The notes below the pieces were generated by a model. That model saw only the letters and a program-made list of their open reading frames with translations. It was not told where the DNA came from and did no database searches. Both the position numbers and the translations under genes were made by a program. Shown here piece by piece: positions 39,808 through 55,300 of a stretch of DNA of 64,000 nt (positions within the stretch are counted from its first letter, which is position 1; each line of letters begins with the position of its first letter). Source of the DNA: Eledone cirrhosa (taxonomy: Eukaryota); NCBI GenBank assembly GCA_964016885.1, contig OZ024747.1:78492001-78556000 (forward strand), given 5' to 3'.

Positions 39808-40395
39808 TTAAAGGTTCTTGTAAACTGACGATGGAAAGATTTTAGATAAATATCTTTCAAACAAGTAGATTTGTATGGTAAAAAGAGAGACGGCTTCTGG
39901 CGGTTTGGTATCAAAAAGGTTAAACTGTATGTGTTTAGGAAGTTGGTAATTACGGGTTTGAATGGCAGAGTAATTCATGCAGAGAAAAACAACAATTTTC
40001 AATGACAACATTCATAAAACATAAAAGGATTCATATAAATGTGTTGTATAAACAACATTATACATATGTTCTTGAATTAATGTTTTAACGGATGCAATGA
40101 ATACAAAACAGGAACATAACATACACATATGCTCCACAACATAAACAAGGAATGATTCGGAGATTGAGAGACCGTTGTTAAAACTGCAGTACTGTGACGA
40201 AAGTTTTCAGACAAACTGACTAAGAATTTAGTTAACAATAAAGAAATAAATCACGAACAGTGCCTGTATTGTTAATAGGTAAAGACCTGCCCACAATACA
40301 ATACATAGATATGTATGTACAGACATACACACCCACATGCGTTATTTCATATCAATATATGTCAGTCACATAATGTTTACAACCAGCAAACATCT

Positions 40396-40838
40396 ACGAG
40401 GTTTCTCTAAAAAGTAAGGGTACAAATGTTATATTTAAATGTATATTAGACGTACATGAGATTACAAGTTATTTTCTTCAAAAGGTCCTCTTTGAAAGCT
40501 TTGCACCACTTAAACACCTTACTTCTCGATAGAATGGTATCTACATAAACTTGTGTTAAAGGATTAAATGTTTCGGTGTCAGATTTGTTGAGTTTCACAC
40601 AAAATTTGATCGCATACCATTGTTGGATATTTTCTTGCATCACAAAAGTAACAGAGGTTATAAACATGTCTGTACATAAACAGCATTAACTCACCACTGA
40701 CTCAATTGATCATGTTGAAAGAAGTATGTACGTGCGGCGAAGGTCATAACCAATACATCTATATACATCAGCAATGTGTTGCGTTACCATGTTGTACATT
40801 GAAAAATCAATACTCTTACTTGGGACAAACCTTGTGTA
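40396..40838 (-). mobile_element. Mariner (Tc1/mariner) deletion derivative
   Basis: QQWYAIKFCVKLNKSDTETF..VY....LSRSKVFKWCKAFKE is an N-terminal transposase HTH. Degenerate TIRs tacgaggttt..aagtaagggta and tactcttactt..aaaccttgtgta. Confidence 0.8.
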
Positions 40839-42453
40839 TCAAGATATGCCTGATGATATATATAAATTTCATAGAAAATGTAGGAGTCCTAGATGCAGAA
40901 TAACGATAAACACAGTCGATGGGTATAAATAACAACTTAGAAAATGGGGTAAAATACCCTTTTGGGAGATTCAAATTGGCCAGCGGCCTCATCGAAGAAT
41001 CGAACTCCACATCTCTCAAATTCTGTGCTCTAACCATTTACTTGAGGGACCTCAGAAATCAAATCTCGTCTGTGTGTAATCAAATACATATATTTCACAA
41101 TGGCCTCCACAATTTCAACATTTCCCACGCATGCATAAGTCTTTGTTATAATTATTTGGGTGTTTACTTCTGTATATCATCGTCTGCCCACGTATGTGTG
41201 GTTGTACACATGTATGTATGTAGGTGTGTGTATGTATATATGTATACGTGTGTTACGTGTGTATGTATCTACGTACACATGTGTGTAGGCACGTATGTAT
41301 CGCCAGCTTGAAAAGCAAACACGGACATTTAAACATCGAGACCATAGTTACAGTGAGATGTTAGCATATAAGTGGAATGACGCAATAGTCATTTGATACA
41401 ACGGTATTCTATTCCATGTTTCCTATCTATACTACACTGCATCCTTTCCAGTAGCACCGCACCTCCCACCATTACTGTTGTCTCAGTAATTTTACATAAT
41501 TTTCCTACCTCTTACACTCCTGTTCGGCTCTCTATGTAATGAACACATCTGTCGTCTCAGCTGCGGCCAACTTTCTATTTACTTTGCTGAGACAAGGCAC
41601 AGGCATACTGCGGCTCGTTTAACTTCCTGAATGGCACATCTAACGAAATATTACCTTAAATTGCTGTATTAGTGCAGACGGCCTTCCTTATGGTGAATCA
41701 TATCTCACGCAGCCCACTGCTCACAAAAGTTGTCTGTAATTTAGTAACCATTAAACCTTAGTGGTTACTAAACTCACTTCGCAATCATGCGATGCTGAGT
41801 TCGATCCTATTGCGTGACATTTCATGCAAGGGTCAGTTGCCTGGAGTCGGAGCAAGCCTCAAATATTGTGTCACGTCGATTTAGTTTGGGAATTACATTA
41901 AGGGAATTCCTGTCTAGAGTGAAATAATCAACCCCTTACATGTTAATTCACGAGTTGGACATTAAGTTGATTGAACTGAACTAAATGATCATCGTCGAAA
42001 CCAACGGTAGATCTAACACATACTTCCCTCCGGACTTGACCCCAGTAAATGACTGGTACTCTATTGTAACAACTTTATTCGTGTGTAGTCCCTACTCTGA
42101 TGTTCTACAATGATGACCTACACCACCACCTCCACCATCACTACCAACACCACCAACACCACCACACCACACCACACCACCACCACCAACAACAACAACA
42201 TCGCCACCACACCACCACTACCAACAACAACAACAACAACAATACCACCATCACCACCCCCACCTAACTACCGCCACCACCATCACCAACAACAACACCA
42301 CCATCACCACACCACCACCACCACCACCACTAGTTAAGCACAAAGTAAATACAATATCCACAAATAAGTTCGGTGTGTGTGTGTGTATATATGTGTGTGT
42401 GTGTATGTATGTGTGTGTATATATGTATGAATGTATATGTGTATGTATGTGTG

Positions 42454-42489
<36 letters not shown>

Positions 42490-42998
42490 TGTATGTATGT
42501 ATGTATGTATGTATGTATGTGTATGTATATGTGTGTGTATGAATGTGTATTTGTATGTGTGTATATGTTTGTATGTGTATGTTTGTATATATATGTGTAC
42601 TATGCTCCATGTAAGTAAAACATGAATGTAATGTAAATCGTACATATATACATACATGACTCCAGTAAATGACTGGTACTCTATTGTAACAACTTTATAC
42701 ATACATGCATACATACATACATGCATACATACATGCATACATACATACATGCATACATGCATACATACATACATGCATACATACATACATGCATACATAC
42801 ATACATGCATACATACATACATGCATACATACATACATGCATACATACATACATGCATACATACATACATACATACATGCATACATACATACATACATGC
42901 ATGCATACATACATACATACATACATACATGCATACATACATACATGCATACATACATACATGCATACATACATGCATACATACATACATGCATACAT

Positions 42999-43400
42999 GG
43001 TGGCTGCCAACTCGTTTTCAAGTACGGCCACTACTTTATATCCATGTAGGAGAACCCCTACCGATGCGCTGAACGAGTGTGACCTTTTAGTCCAGCCAGC
43101 GACTTGAAAACTCTGGTACAAACACTACACTTGTGACAATTATTGACACACAGTGCTGGGCCCATGGTACCATGTGATGACAAGTGCAGAGAGATCTCCA
43201 GATATAAAGCAATGCCTGTGCCGTGAAGCTTTTATAGTGAGCAAAGGCACTGCACAAAGCCAGTCCCACTCTCTTAACCAAGAAGATATTTACCAAAAAG
43301 AAGAACAAGTCAACATCATTGGATACCATCAGAGTTGCAGGTGTTATATCAGAGTTTTCCTTCTCCTAGAATTCTGCCTTGACAAAGGCTAAGGGGTCAT
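42999..43400 (-). mobile_element. Family A copy in a (TACA/TGCA)n tract
   Basis: Near-identical to 7107-7510. Confidence 0.85.
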
Positions 43401-43679
43401 ACATACATACATACATAATACATGCATACATACATACTCTGGTATACATACATACATGCATATATACATACATACATGCATGCATGCATGCATACATACA
43501 TGCATACATACATACTCTGGTATACATACATGCATGCATACATACATACATACATACATACATACATACATACATACATACATACATACATGCATGCATG
43601 CATGCATGCATGCATGCATGCATACATACATACATACATACATACATACAAACAAACAAACAAACACGGGTAAAGACGC

Positions 43680-44232
43680 TATTCGGTCACAAATTACCTG
43701 GGATTTTCACCTAGAAAGTTCCCCTCTGAGGTACAAGTCCAGGCAAGGTTGTCTGTGGAAGACCAGCAGTCTTCCATGCATACCAGTCTCCCCTCTCCAT
43801 GACACCATGTTGTCCAAGGGAAAGACAATGGCTGATACAGCTTGACACCAGTGATGTCATAACATATATATACACTATATATATATTATATATACACTGT
43901 GTATAGTATATATTATACACTATATATGATGTTGTCCAAGGGAAAGGCAATGGCTGATACAGCTTGACACCAGTGACATCACAACATATATATACACTAT
44001 ATATATATTATATATACACTGTGTATAGTATATATTATACACTATATATGATGTTGTCCAAGGGAAAGACAATGGCTGATACAGCACAGCACCAGTGACA
44101 TCACAACTCATTTCTACAGCTGAGTAAACTGGAGCAACATGAAATAAAGTGTCTTGCTCAAGAACACAACGCAAAGCCCAGTCCGAGAATCGAACTCACA
44201 ACCTCCCGATTGTAAGACCTACGCTCTAACCA
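43680..44232 (-). mobile_element. SINE (F head, long 3' body) with internal 122-bp tandem duplications; related copy at 45941-46217 (+)
   Basis: atgttgtccaagggaaa recurs at about 43807, 43929 and 44051. The body matches 46000-46217 in reverse. Confidence 0.75.
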
Positions 44233-44296
44233 CGAATGTGTTCAAGACTGCAAGATGTTCAAGACTGCACACATGCAAACACATTTATGAACATAC

Positions 44297-44462
44297 AATT
44301 GTTTCTACTTTTGGCACAAGGCCAGCAATTATCCTAGTGCATCACTGGTACTTTATTTTATCGACCCCGTAAGAATGAAAATCAAAGTTAACCTCGGCGG
44401 GATTTGAACTCTATGTGTCAAAGCATGGCATCCGACCCTCTACTGATACTGCCAATCCACCG
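44297..44462 (-). mobile_element. SINE family E with internal deletion
   Basis: Core and head in reverse orientation. Confidence 0.8.
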
Positions 44463-44809
44463 CCTATTTATGAACATATAATATATCCATGTATGTGTAT
44501 TGAGAATATACAAGAAAGTCGCCTCTACCTTGCACCAGCCAACCCCAGCCTTACATATAGAATGAGTTTACATGAAGAAAATAAATTTCTTACACATGTT
44601 TTATGTGAAGATAAACATATTCCCTCTCCATGTTTTAATAAAGAATATCATTTGGTAGAGGTGGTGGTGGCCTGTTTGTATACATACATACATACATACA
44701 TATGTGTTGGTTCTCTTCGTTGACTCCCCACCCACCCATACACACACACACATATATATATATATATGGGCGGGGAGTCAACGAATAAAAACAATAACAA
44801 CATATACAC

Positions 44810-44880
<71 letters not shown>

Positions 44881-45854
44881 TACATATCTAAGGAAACGTC
44901 GACAATTACATATGTACATGCAGAGAGAGGGAGAGAGAAGGATAACGTGAGAGAGAGAGGGAGAGAGGGGGTGAGAGAAGGAGAACGTGAGAGAGAAAGA
45001 GGGGGATGAGAGGGAGGGAGAGAGAAGGAGAACGTGAGAGAAAGAAGGCGGCGAGAGAAGAAGAACGTGAGAGAATCAGATATTCATTCATGGACATTAT
45101 GCTTAATCTAAGACAGAAGCAAAGAAAATGAAAAGATTTAGTGAAAGGAAGGAAAAAAGAAGGGTGGTGGTGGTGGTGGTTGGTAGTGGTGGTGATGGCG
45201 ATGGTGTTGGTGGTGGTGGTGTTGTTGTTGTTGGTGGTGTTGTTGTTGGTGGTGTTGGTGGTGGTGGTAGTGGTGGTGTTGGTGGTGGTGGTAGTGGTGG
45301 TGTTAGTGGTGATGGTGGTGGTAGTGGTGTTGGTGGTGTTGGTGGTAGTGGTGGTGTTGGTGGTAGTGGTGGTAGTGGTAATGTTGTTGTTGGTGGTGGT
45401 GGTGTTGGTGGTGGTGGTAGTGGTGGTGTTGGTGGTGATGGTGGTGGTAGTGGTGTTGGTGGTGTTGGTGGTAGTGGTGGTGTTGGTGGTAGTGGTAATG
45501 TTGTTGTTGTTGGTGGTGGTGGTGGTAGTGATGGTGGTGGTGGTGTTGGTGGTGGTGGTGGTGGTGGTGGTAGATCTGTACTTATATATATCAACTATTC
45601 CATTTAGCCATGGTGCGATATAAAGAGAGAATATATTATATCATTTATTAAAAAGAAAACTAATAATGGACGCTTTATTTCCATATTTTGTTTTCATAAA
45701 TACTATTATAAGAACAATATGATGACGATGACGATGATAATGATGACGATGATGATGATGACGAAATATAAAGATACTGAGAAAGTTATTGATATACTTG
45801 GATTATATGTATGTACTCACACGCCACAAGCCTATGTGTATATGCATGTATTTG

Positions 45855-45938
<84 letters not shown>

Positions 45939-46220
45939 AGGCACATAGCTTAGTGGTTAAAGCATCAGGCTTACAATCGTGAGGTTGTGAGTTCGATATC
46001 CAGTTTACTCAGCTGTAGAAATGAGTTGTGACATCACTGGTGTCAAGCTGTATCGGCCATTGCCTTTCCTGTGGACAACATCGGTGATATGGAGAGGAGA
46101 GACTGATATGTATGGGTGACTGATGGTCTTCTACAAAACAACTTTGCCTGGACTTGTACCTCGGAGGGGAATTTTCTAGGTACAAATCCCATGGTAATTC
46201 ATGACCGAAGGGGGTCTTTA

Positions 46221-46303
<83 letters not shown>

Positions 46304-47059
46304 TAGTTGCTGTGTTGTTTATCTGTTGCGTACTGACGTTTCGTTGATAAACGGGTGTAAGCAGACAAGAACACTCCACGTCAGTTTTATCTATTATATG
46401 GTTCCAGCCACAGCAACAACACCACCACATTCGCAGCTTTAAAATCAAAACAATTCTTTCAAGTCGATATTTCAGACAAGAAAGAACGTTTGGCCCAGGC
46501 ATAGAAATTCATGAAGAGAGAAAACCCCTTGGGGGCCAACCTAACCTGGCCGAATGGTAGCAACACAAAGAAGTACACAGATTTATAGGTGTATTTCAGT
46601 GGACGACCGTAAAGTGGAAGTACCCCCCTCCCCATCCCAGTGGAGGCAGTATTGAAATGCATCAGAGAAGACATCGAGTACATATCAAAGGCCAGACAGT
46701 TCGGCACCATCTCGGTGCTCTTCAATACCGAGACCCTTTCCATAAAACACCCGGTGATCCCCTTTAAAATGGACCACATTATCATGTTGTGCTACATGGA
46801 TAGAAGAACGGTGAAAGTCTTCATTCCCAGGATCACGTCAGGACTGAACGTATGGTGGTTCCTAGGATGAGTGGTCGAGGAGGGTGCCAATGGTACCCTC
46901 CGCCACGTAAGAAAAACATTAAGATAAGACTGGTCCGGGATGGATTTGGAGATTTTCTCCGAATCAAGCAGACACCGCACACACACACAACTATAAATAG
47001 GTCAAACAGAGTTACTTCCCTTGTAATATTTTGTTCTTAACGGAACATTATCTTTAATA

Positions 47060-47217
47060 ATAATTTCTACTATTGGCACAAGGCCAGCAATTACCCAGTA
47101 CATTACTGGTACTTTATTTTATCGACCCCGTAAGGATGAAAGGCAAAGTCAACCTCGGCGGGATTTGAACTCAGATCGTAAAGGGACGTAACTATGCTGG
47201 AAAGCATGGCGTCCGAC
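47060..47217 (-). mobile_element. SINE family E
   Basis: Nearly identical to 11021-11180. Confidence 0.85.
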
Positions 47218-47224
47218 AATGAAA

Positions 47225-47627
47225 TTATTGTGTAAAGTGCTCAGGTGCACTACAACTCGTCAAATGTGTATGTATAGTACATAGAATAATACACAAATGT
47301 CAGGGAAGTGAATAGTGTATGAGTCATGGTATACATGTGTGTATGTGTATGGAGGGGGAACATTAGCTGTAGTGTTGGCGGATCTCGGGAAGCATGGAGG
47401 CCTTAAGGATGCAGTGTCTCGACAGCTAACAACTGATGCAGGTAGTTTGTTCCATGCTTCAGCAACTCTGAGCGTGAAAAAATGTTTCCGAAAGTCATGG
47501 GAACTGTGCTGTTTTCTGACATTGTGGACATGTCCACGAGTGTTAGACACATGGAAATCAAAAAGGTACTCAGGGTTGTTGTTGGCGAGATGGTTAACAA
47601 TTTAGCGGCGATGTATTTGTTTTGGCG
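47225..47627 (-). mobile_element. 3' end of a CR1-group LINE
   Basis: NTRGHVHNVRKQHSSHDFRKHFFTLRVAEAWNKLPASVV is the typical CR1 ORF2 C-terminus. Confidence 0.85.
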
Positions 47628-49142
47628 AGTCATGTTGTCCTAATATTGCCAGAAATTGACCCTCCTAAATATAACAATATCTTTTTCAACACACGACTAA
47701 GTATTTGAACAATAATAGAAGAGCTAGCACAGTGGAACATTTCACTACTGAGTAAAATATTAGGCGCATTTTTTTTTTAGCAAATAAATATCGGTAATAT
47801 TTTCAAATGCTTCTTAATTTCTGTTCAGTCCTAATGATACTATTACTGTATTACAAGAATTAAAATACATCCATTCCCCGTCCTCTCTGGCAATCATCAT
47901 TTACTATATATGGCAGTGCATCTTATTAAAATATATTTATAATATGTAAGCGAAAAGAATAAGATAAAATAGTAACAGTAAATGTAAATAAATATAAAGA
48001 CAGAATAAGGAAGGTGACTGAAACATATACTGTATATGTCTACAGCGTTTAACAACTGAAGCAGAAACTTGCCCTATACTCCTATATATATACGGTAATC
48101 TTACAAAACTAGATTTGCAAATTACAAGTGAAGTTAACGTTTCAGGGGAGATAACTTTGAGATACATTGCATCATTTCCACTACTGCAATAAACAACAGA
48201 ATTGTTTGTTTGTTTTTTTATCACGTATTAATTGGTAAAAAAAAAATCGATCAAAAGACTATTTAAACTATTGGTAAAAATGTTAAGAAATGACTGACTG
48301 CTCCTACCTCCGCTTGTTGCAATGTAGAGACGAGATTTGTTTCAAGGACTGCCTTATTCTATTCTCTCCTTTTCCTCCGACCGAAACTATTCAATGCTAG
48401 ACTAGTGTTGTAGCGTATTTAGTTCTCTCCCTTTCTCACTCTTTTTTTCTTAACTTAAATCTCATTTAGATGGATTTTGGCTTTAATCCCTCTAGTGATT
48501 ACAAAATACTTGTAGGTAATTCTAAAATACCAGGAAATAACGGTAAACTATTTTTTCAGTCGAGACGTTTGGAGTGTGTTGCTACTGACAACAGCTCGCC
48601 TTACCTATGCATCAGGTAATGTCTGCTTGGGTGCTTGGTTATTCTGTGTCTTAGCCTCGCTATCACCATCACGATGATGTGAATGTGTTAGCTTGCCTAA
48701 AATATTATTAGAGGAAAACTCCAGCTCTCTTTATTTTAGCGTGTGCAAGTCGTCTCCTCCCCACACACATTTACTTCTTTTATTTTTTCTCTTTTTTTGT
48801 TAAAAAAAAAATTAGCACACACCATTTGCTTGTTGAATAAAATCCACTGATTTGTTAAGTAATATACTAGTTGGTTTCATTGGCTGAATTCTCACTTTCA
48901 GCACATCTCCCTCATTATTCTCCAGAGTAACACATTTATGACTCTGACTAAGATACAATATCCACTTGCATGAGAAGGTATGATACAATGTCCCATGCCA
49001 ATGTACTGAGAATTATTCATCGCTGGAATTATATTCTTATAAGGCAACATGTAAAAATAGAGGTACAATTTATAGTGAGCAGAAATCTTAGTTTAATAGT
49101 CTTTTAAAATTATATTTACTATAAAAGAACAAATATTAAATA

Positions 49143-49319
49143 ATGGTTTCTAATATAGGCAAAGGCCAGCAATTTTGGGGGAGTGGGATGTTGATTAAAT
49201 CGACCCCACTGCGTGACTGGTACTTTATTTATCGACCTCGTAAGGATGAAAGGCAAAGTTAACCCGGGTAGGATTTAAACTCAGATCATAAAGGGCCGTA
49301 ACTCTATGCTGCAAAGCAT
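49143..49319 (-). mobile_element. SINE family E, truncated where the 52-bp satellite begins
   Basis: Core and B-box in reverse orientation; the head is missing. Confidence 0.8.
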
Positions 49320-49323
49320 ACTT

Positions 49324-52300
49324 GACTAATACTTGATACTATCTCATGACAACAGTGACCACAACTATAGAATTAGACTAATACTTGACACTATCTCATG
49401 TCAACAGTGACCACAACTATAGAATTAGACTAATACCTGACACTATCTCATGACAACATTGACCACAACTATAGAATTAGACTAATACCTGACACTATCT
49501 CATGACAACAGTGACCACAACTATAGAATTAGACTAATACCTGACACTATCTGATGACAACAGTGACCACAACTATAGAATTAGACTAATACCTGACACT
49601 ATCTGATGACAACAATGACCACAACTATAGAATTAGACTAATACCTGACACTATCTCATGACAACAGTGACCACAACTATAGAATTAGACTAATACATGA
49701 CACTATCTCATGACAACAGTGACCACAACTATAGAATTAGACTAATACCTGACACTATCTCATGACAACAGTGACCACAACTATAGAATTAGACTAATAC
49801 CTGACACTATCTCATGACAACAGTGACCACAACTATAGAATTAGACTAATACCTGACACTATCTCATGACAACAGTGACCACAACTATAGAATTAGACAA
49901 ATACCTGACACTATCTCATGACAACAGTGACCACAACTATAGAATTAGACTAATACCTGACACTATCTGATGACAACAGTGACCACAACTATAGAATTAG
50001 ACTAATACCTGACACTATCTCATGACAACAGTGACCACAACTATAGAATTAGACTAATACCTGACACTACCTCATGACAACAGTGACCACAACTATAGAA
50101 TTAGACTAATACCTGACACTATCTGATGACAACAGTGACCACAACTATAGAATTAGACTAATACCTGACACTATCTCATGACAACAGTGACCACAACTAT
50201 AGAATTAGACTAATACCTGACACTATCTCATGTCAACAGTGACCACAACTCTAGAATTAGACTAATACCTGACACTATCTCATGACAACAGTGACCACAA
50301 CTATAGAATTAGACTAATACCTGACACTATCTGATGACAACAATGACCACAACTATAGAATTAGACTAATACCTGACACTATCTCATGACAACAGTGACC
50401 ACAACTATAGAATTAGACTAATACCTGACACTATCTCATGACAACAGTGACCACAACTATAGAATTAGACTAATACCTGACACTATCTCATGACAACAAT
50501 GACCACAACTCTAGAATTAGACTAATACCTGACACTATCTCATGACAAAAGTGACCACAACTATAGAATTAGACTAATACCTGACACTATCTGATGTCAA
50601 CACTGACCACAACTATAGAATTAGACTAATACCTGACACTATCTGATGACAACAATGACCACAACTATAGAATTAGACTAATACCTGACACTATCTGATG
50701 ACAACAATGACCACAACTATAGAATTAGACTAATACCTGACACTATCTGATGACAACAGTGACCACAACTCTAGAATTAGACTAATACCTGACACTATCT
50801 GATGACAACAGTGACCACAACTATAGAATTAGACTAATACCTGACACTACCTCATGACAACAGTGACCACAACTCTAGAATTAGACTAATACCTGACACT
50901 ATCTCATGACAACAATGACCACAACTATAGAATTAGACTAATACCTGACACTATCTGATGACAACAGTGACCACAACTCTAGAATTAGACTAATACCTGA
51001 CACTATCTCATGACAACAGTGACCACAACTATAGAATTAGACTAATACCTGACACTACCTCATGACAACAGTGACCACAACTATAGAATTAGACTAATAC
51101 CTGACACTATCTCATGACAACAGTGACCACAACTATAGAATTAGACTAATACCTGACACTACCTCATGACAACAGTGACCACAACTATAGAATTAGACTA
51201 ATACCTGACACTACCTCATGACAACAGTGACCACAACTCTAGAATTAGACTAATACCTGACACTATCTCATGACAACAGTGACCACAACTATAGAATTAG
51301 ACTAATACCTGACACTATCTCATGACAACAGTGACCACAACTATAGAATTAGACTAATACCTGACACTATCTCATGACAACAGTGACCACAACTATAGAA
51401 TTAGACTAATACCTGACACTATCTCATGACAACAGTGACCACAACTATAGAATTAGACTAATACCTGACACTATCTGATGACAACAATGACCACAACTAT
51501 AGAATTAGACTAATACCTGACACTATCTGATGACAACAGTGACCACAACTCTAGAATTAGACTAATACCTGACACTATCTGATGACAACAGTGACCACAA
51601 CTATAGAATTAGACTAATACCTGACACTACCTCATGACAACAGTGACCACAACTCTAGAATTAGACTAATACCTGACACTATCTGATGACAACAATGACC
51701 ACAACTATAGAATTAGACTAATACCTGACACTATCTGATGACAACAGTGACCACAACTCTAGAATTAGACTAATACCTGACACTATCTCATGACAACAGT
51801 GACCACAACTATAGAATTAGACTAATACCTGACACTATCTCATGACAACAGTGACCACAACTATAGAATTAGACTAATACCTGACACTACCTCATGACAA
51901 CAGTGACCACAACTATAGAATTAGACTAATACCTGACACTACCTCATGACAACAGTGACCACAACTCTAGAATTAGACTAATACCTGACACTATCTCATG
52001 ACAACAGTGACCACAACTATAGAATTAGACTAATACCTGACACTATCTCATGACAACAGTGACCACAACTATAGAATTAGACTAATACCTGACACTATCT
52101 CATGACAACAGTGACCACAACTATAGAATTAGACTAATACCTGACACTATCTCATGACAACAGTGACCACAACTATAGAATTAGACTAATACCTGACACT
52201 ATCTCATGACAACAGTGACCACAACTATAGAATTAGACTAATACCTGACACTATCTCATGACAACAGTGACCACAACTATAGAATTAGACTAATACCTGA

Positions 52301-55300
52301 CACTATCTCATGACAACAATGACCACAACTATAGAATTAGACTAATACCTGACACTATCTGATGACAACAGTGACCACAACTCTAGAATTAGACTAATAC
52401 CTGACACTATCTCATGACAACAGTGACCACAACTATAGAATTAGACTAATACCTGACACTATCTCATGACAACAGTGACCACAACTATAGAATTAGACTA
52501 ATACCTGACACTACCTCATGACAACAGTGACCACAACTATAGAATTAGACTAATACCTGACACTACCTCATGACAACAGTGACCACAACTCTAGAATTAG
52601 ACTAATACCTGACACTACCTCATGACAACAGTGACCACAACTATAGAATTAGACTAATACATGACACTATCTGATGACAACAGTGACCACAACTCTAGAA
52701 TTAGACTAATACCTGACACTATCTCATGACAACAATGACCACAACTATAGAATTAGACTAATACCTGACACTATCTCATGACAACAGTGACCACAACTAT
52801 AGAATTAGACTAATACCTGACACTATCTCATGACAACAATGACCACAACTATAGAATTAGACTAATACCTGACACTATCTCATGACAACAGTGACCACAA
52901 CTATAGAATTAGACTAATACCTGACACTATCTCATGACAACAGTGACCACAACTATAGAATTAGACTAATACCTGACACTATCTCATGACAACAGTGACC
53001 ACAACTATAGAATTAGACTAATACCTGACACTACCTCATGACAACAGTGACCACAACTATAGAATTAGACTAATACCTGACACTATCTCATGACAACAGT
53101 GACCACAACTATAGAATTAGACTAATACCTGACACTATCTCATGACAACAGTGACCACAACTATAGAATTAGACTAATACCTGACACTACCTCATGACAA
53201 CAGTGACCACAACTATAGAATTAGACTAATACCTGACACTATCTCATGACAACAATGACCACAACTATAGAATTAGACTAATACCTGACACTACCTCATG
53301 ACAACAGTGACCACAACTATAGAATTAGACTAATACCTGACACTATCTGATGACAACAGTGACCACAACTATAGAATTAGACTAATACCTGACACTACCT
53401 CATGACAACAGTGACCACAACTATAGAATTAGACTAATACCTGACACTATCTGATGACAACAGTGACCACAACTATAGAATTAGACTAATACCTGACACT
53501 ATCTCATGACAACAATGACCACAACTATAGAATTAGACTAATACCTGACACTATCTCATGACAACAGTGACCACAACTATAGAATTAGACTAATACCTGA
53601 CACTATCTCATGACAACAGTGACCACAACTATAGAATTAGACTAATACCTGACACTACCTCATGACAACAATGACCACAACTATAGAATTAGACTAATAC
53701 CTGACACTATCTGATGACAACAATGACCACAACTATAGAATTAGACTAATACCTGACACTATCTGATGACAACAATGACCACAACTATAGAATTAGACTA
53801 ATACCTGACACTATCTCATGACAACAGTGACCACAACTATAGAATTAGACTAATACCTGACACTATCTCATGACAACAATGACCACAACTATAGAATTAG
53901 ACTAATACCTGACACTACCTCATGACAACAATGACCACAACTATAGAATTAGACTAATACCTGACACTATCTGATGACAACAATGACCACAACTATAGAA
54001 TTAGACTAATACCTGACACTATCTGATGACAACAGTGACCACAACTCTAGAATTAGACTAATACCTGACACTATCTGATGACAACAATGACCACAACTAT
54101 AGAATTAGACTAATACCTGACACTACCTCATGACAATAGTGACCACAACTATAGAATTAGACTAATACCTGACACTATCTGATGACAACAGTGACCACAA
54201 CTCTAGAATTAGACTAATACCTGACACTATCTGATGACAACAGTGACCACAACTATAGAATTAGACTAATACCTGACACTATCTCATGACAACAATGACC
54301 ACAACTATAGAATTAGACTAATACCTGACACTACCTCATGACAACAATGACCACAACTATAGAATTAGACTAATACCTGACACTATCTGATGACAACAAT
54401 GACCACAACTATAGAATTAGACTAATACCTGACACTATCTGATGACAACAGTGACCACAACTCTAGAATTAGACTAATACCTGACACTATCTGATGACAA
54501 CAGTGACCACAACTATAGAATTAGACTAATACCTGACACTATCTGATGACAACAGTGACCACAACTCTAGAATTAGACTAATACCTGACACTATCTGATG
54601 ACAACAGTGACCACAACTATAGAATTAGACTAATACTTGACACTATCTCATGACAACAATGACCACAACTATAGAATTAGACTAATACCTGACACTACCT
54701 CATGACAACAATGACCACAACTATAGAATTAGACTAATACCTGACACTATCTGATGACAACAATGACCACAACTATAGAATTAGACTAATACCTGACACT
54801 ATCTGATGACAACAGTGACCACAACTCTAGAATTAGACTAATACCTGACACTATCTGATGACAACAATGACCACAACTATAGAATTAGACTAATACCTGA
54901 CACTACCTCATGACAATAGTGACCACAACTATAGAATTAGACTAATACCTGACACTATCTGATGACAACAGTGACCACAACTCTAGAATTAGACTAATAC
55001 CTGACACTATCTGATGACAACAGTGACCACACCTATAGAATTAGACTAATACCTGACACTACCTCATGACAATAGTGACCACAACTATAGAATTAGACTA
55101 ATACCTGACACTATCTGATGACAACAATGACCACAACTATAGAATTAGACTAATACCTGACACTACCTCATGACAACAGTGACCACAACTATAGAATTAG
55201 ACTAATACCTGACACTATCTCATGTCAACAGTGACCACAACTATAGAATTAGACTAATACCTGACACTATCTCATGTCAACATTGACCACAACTATAGAA

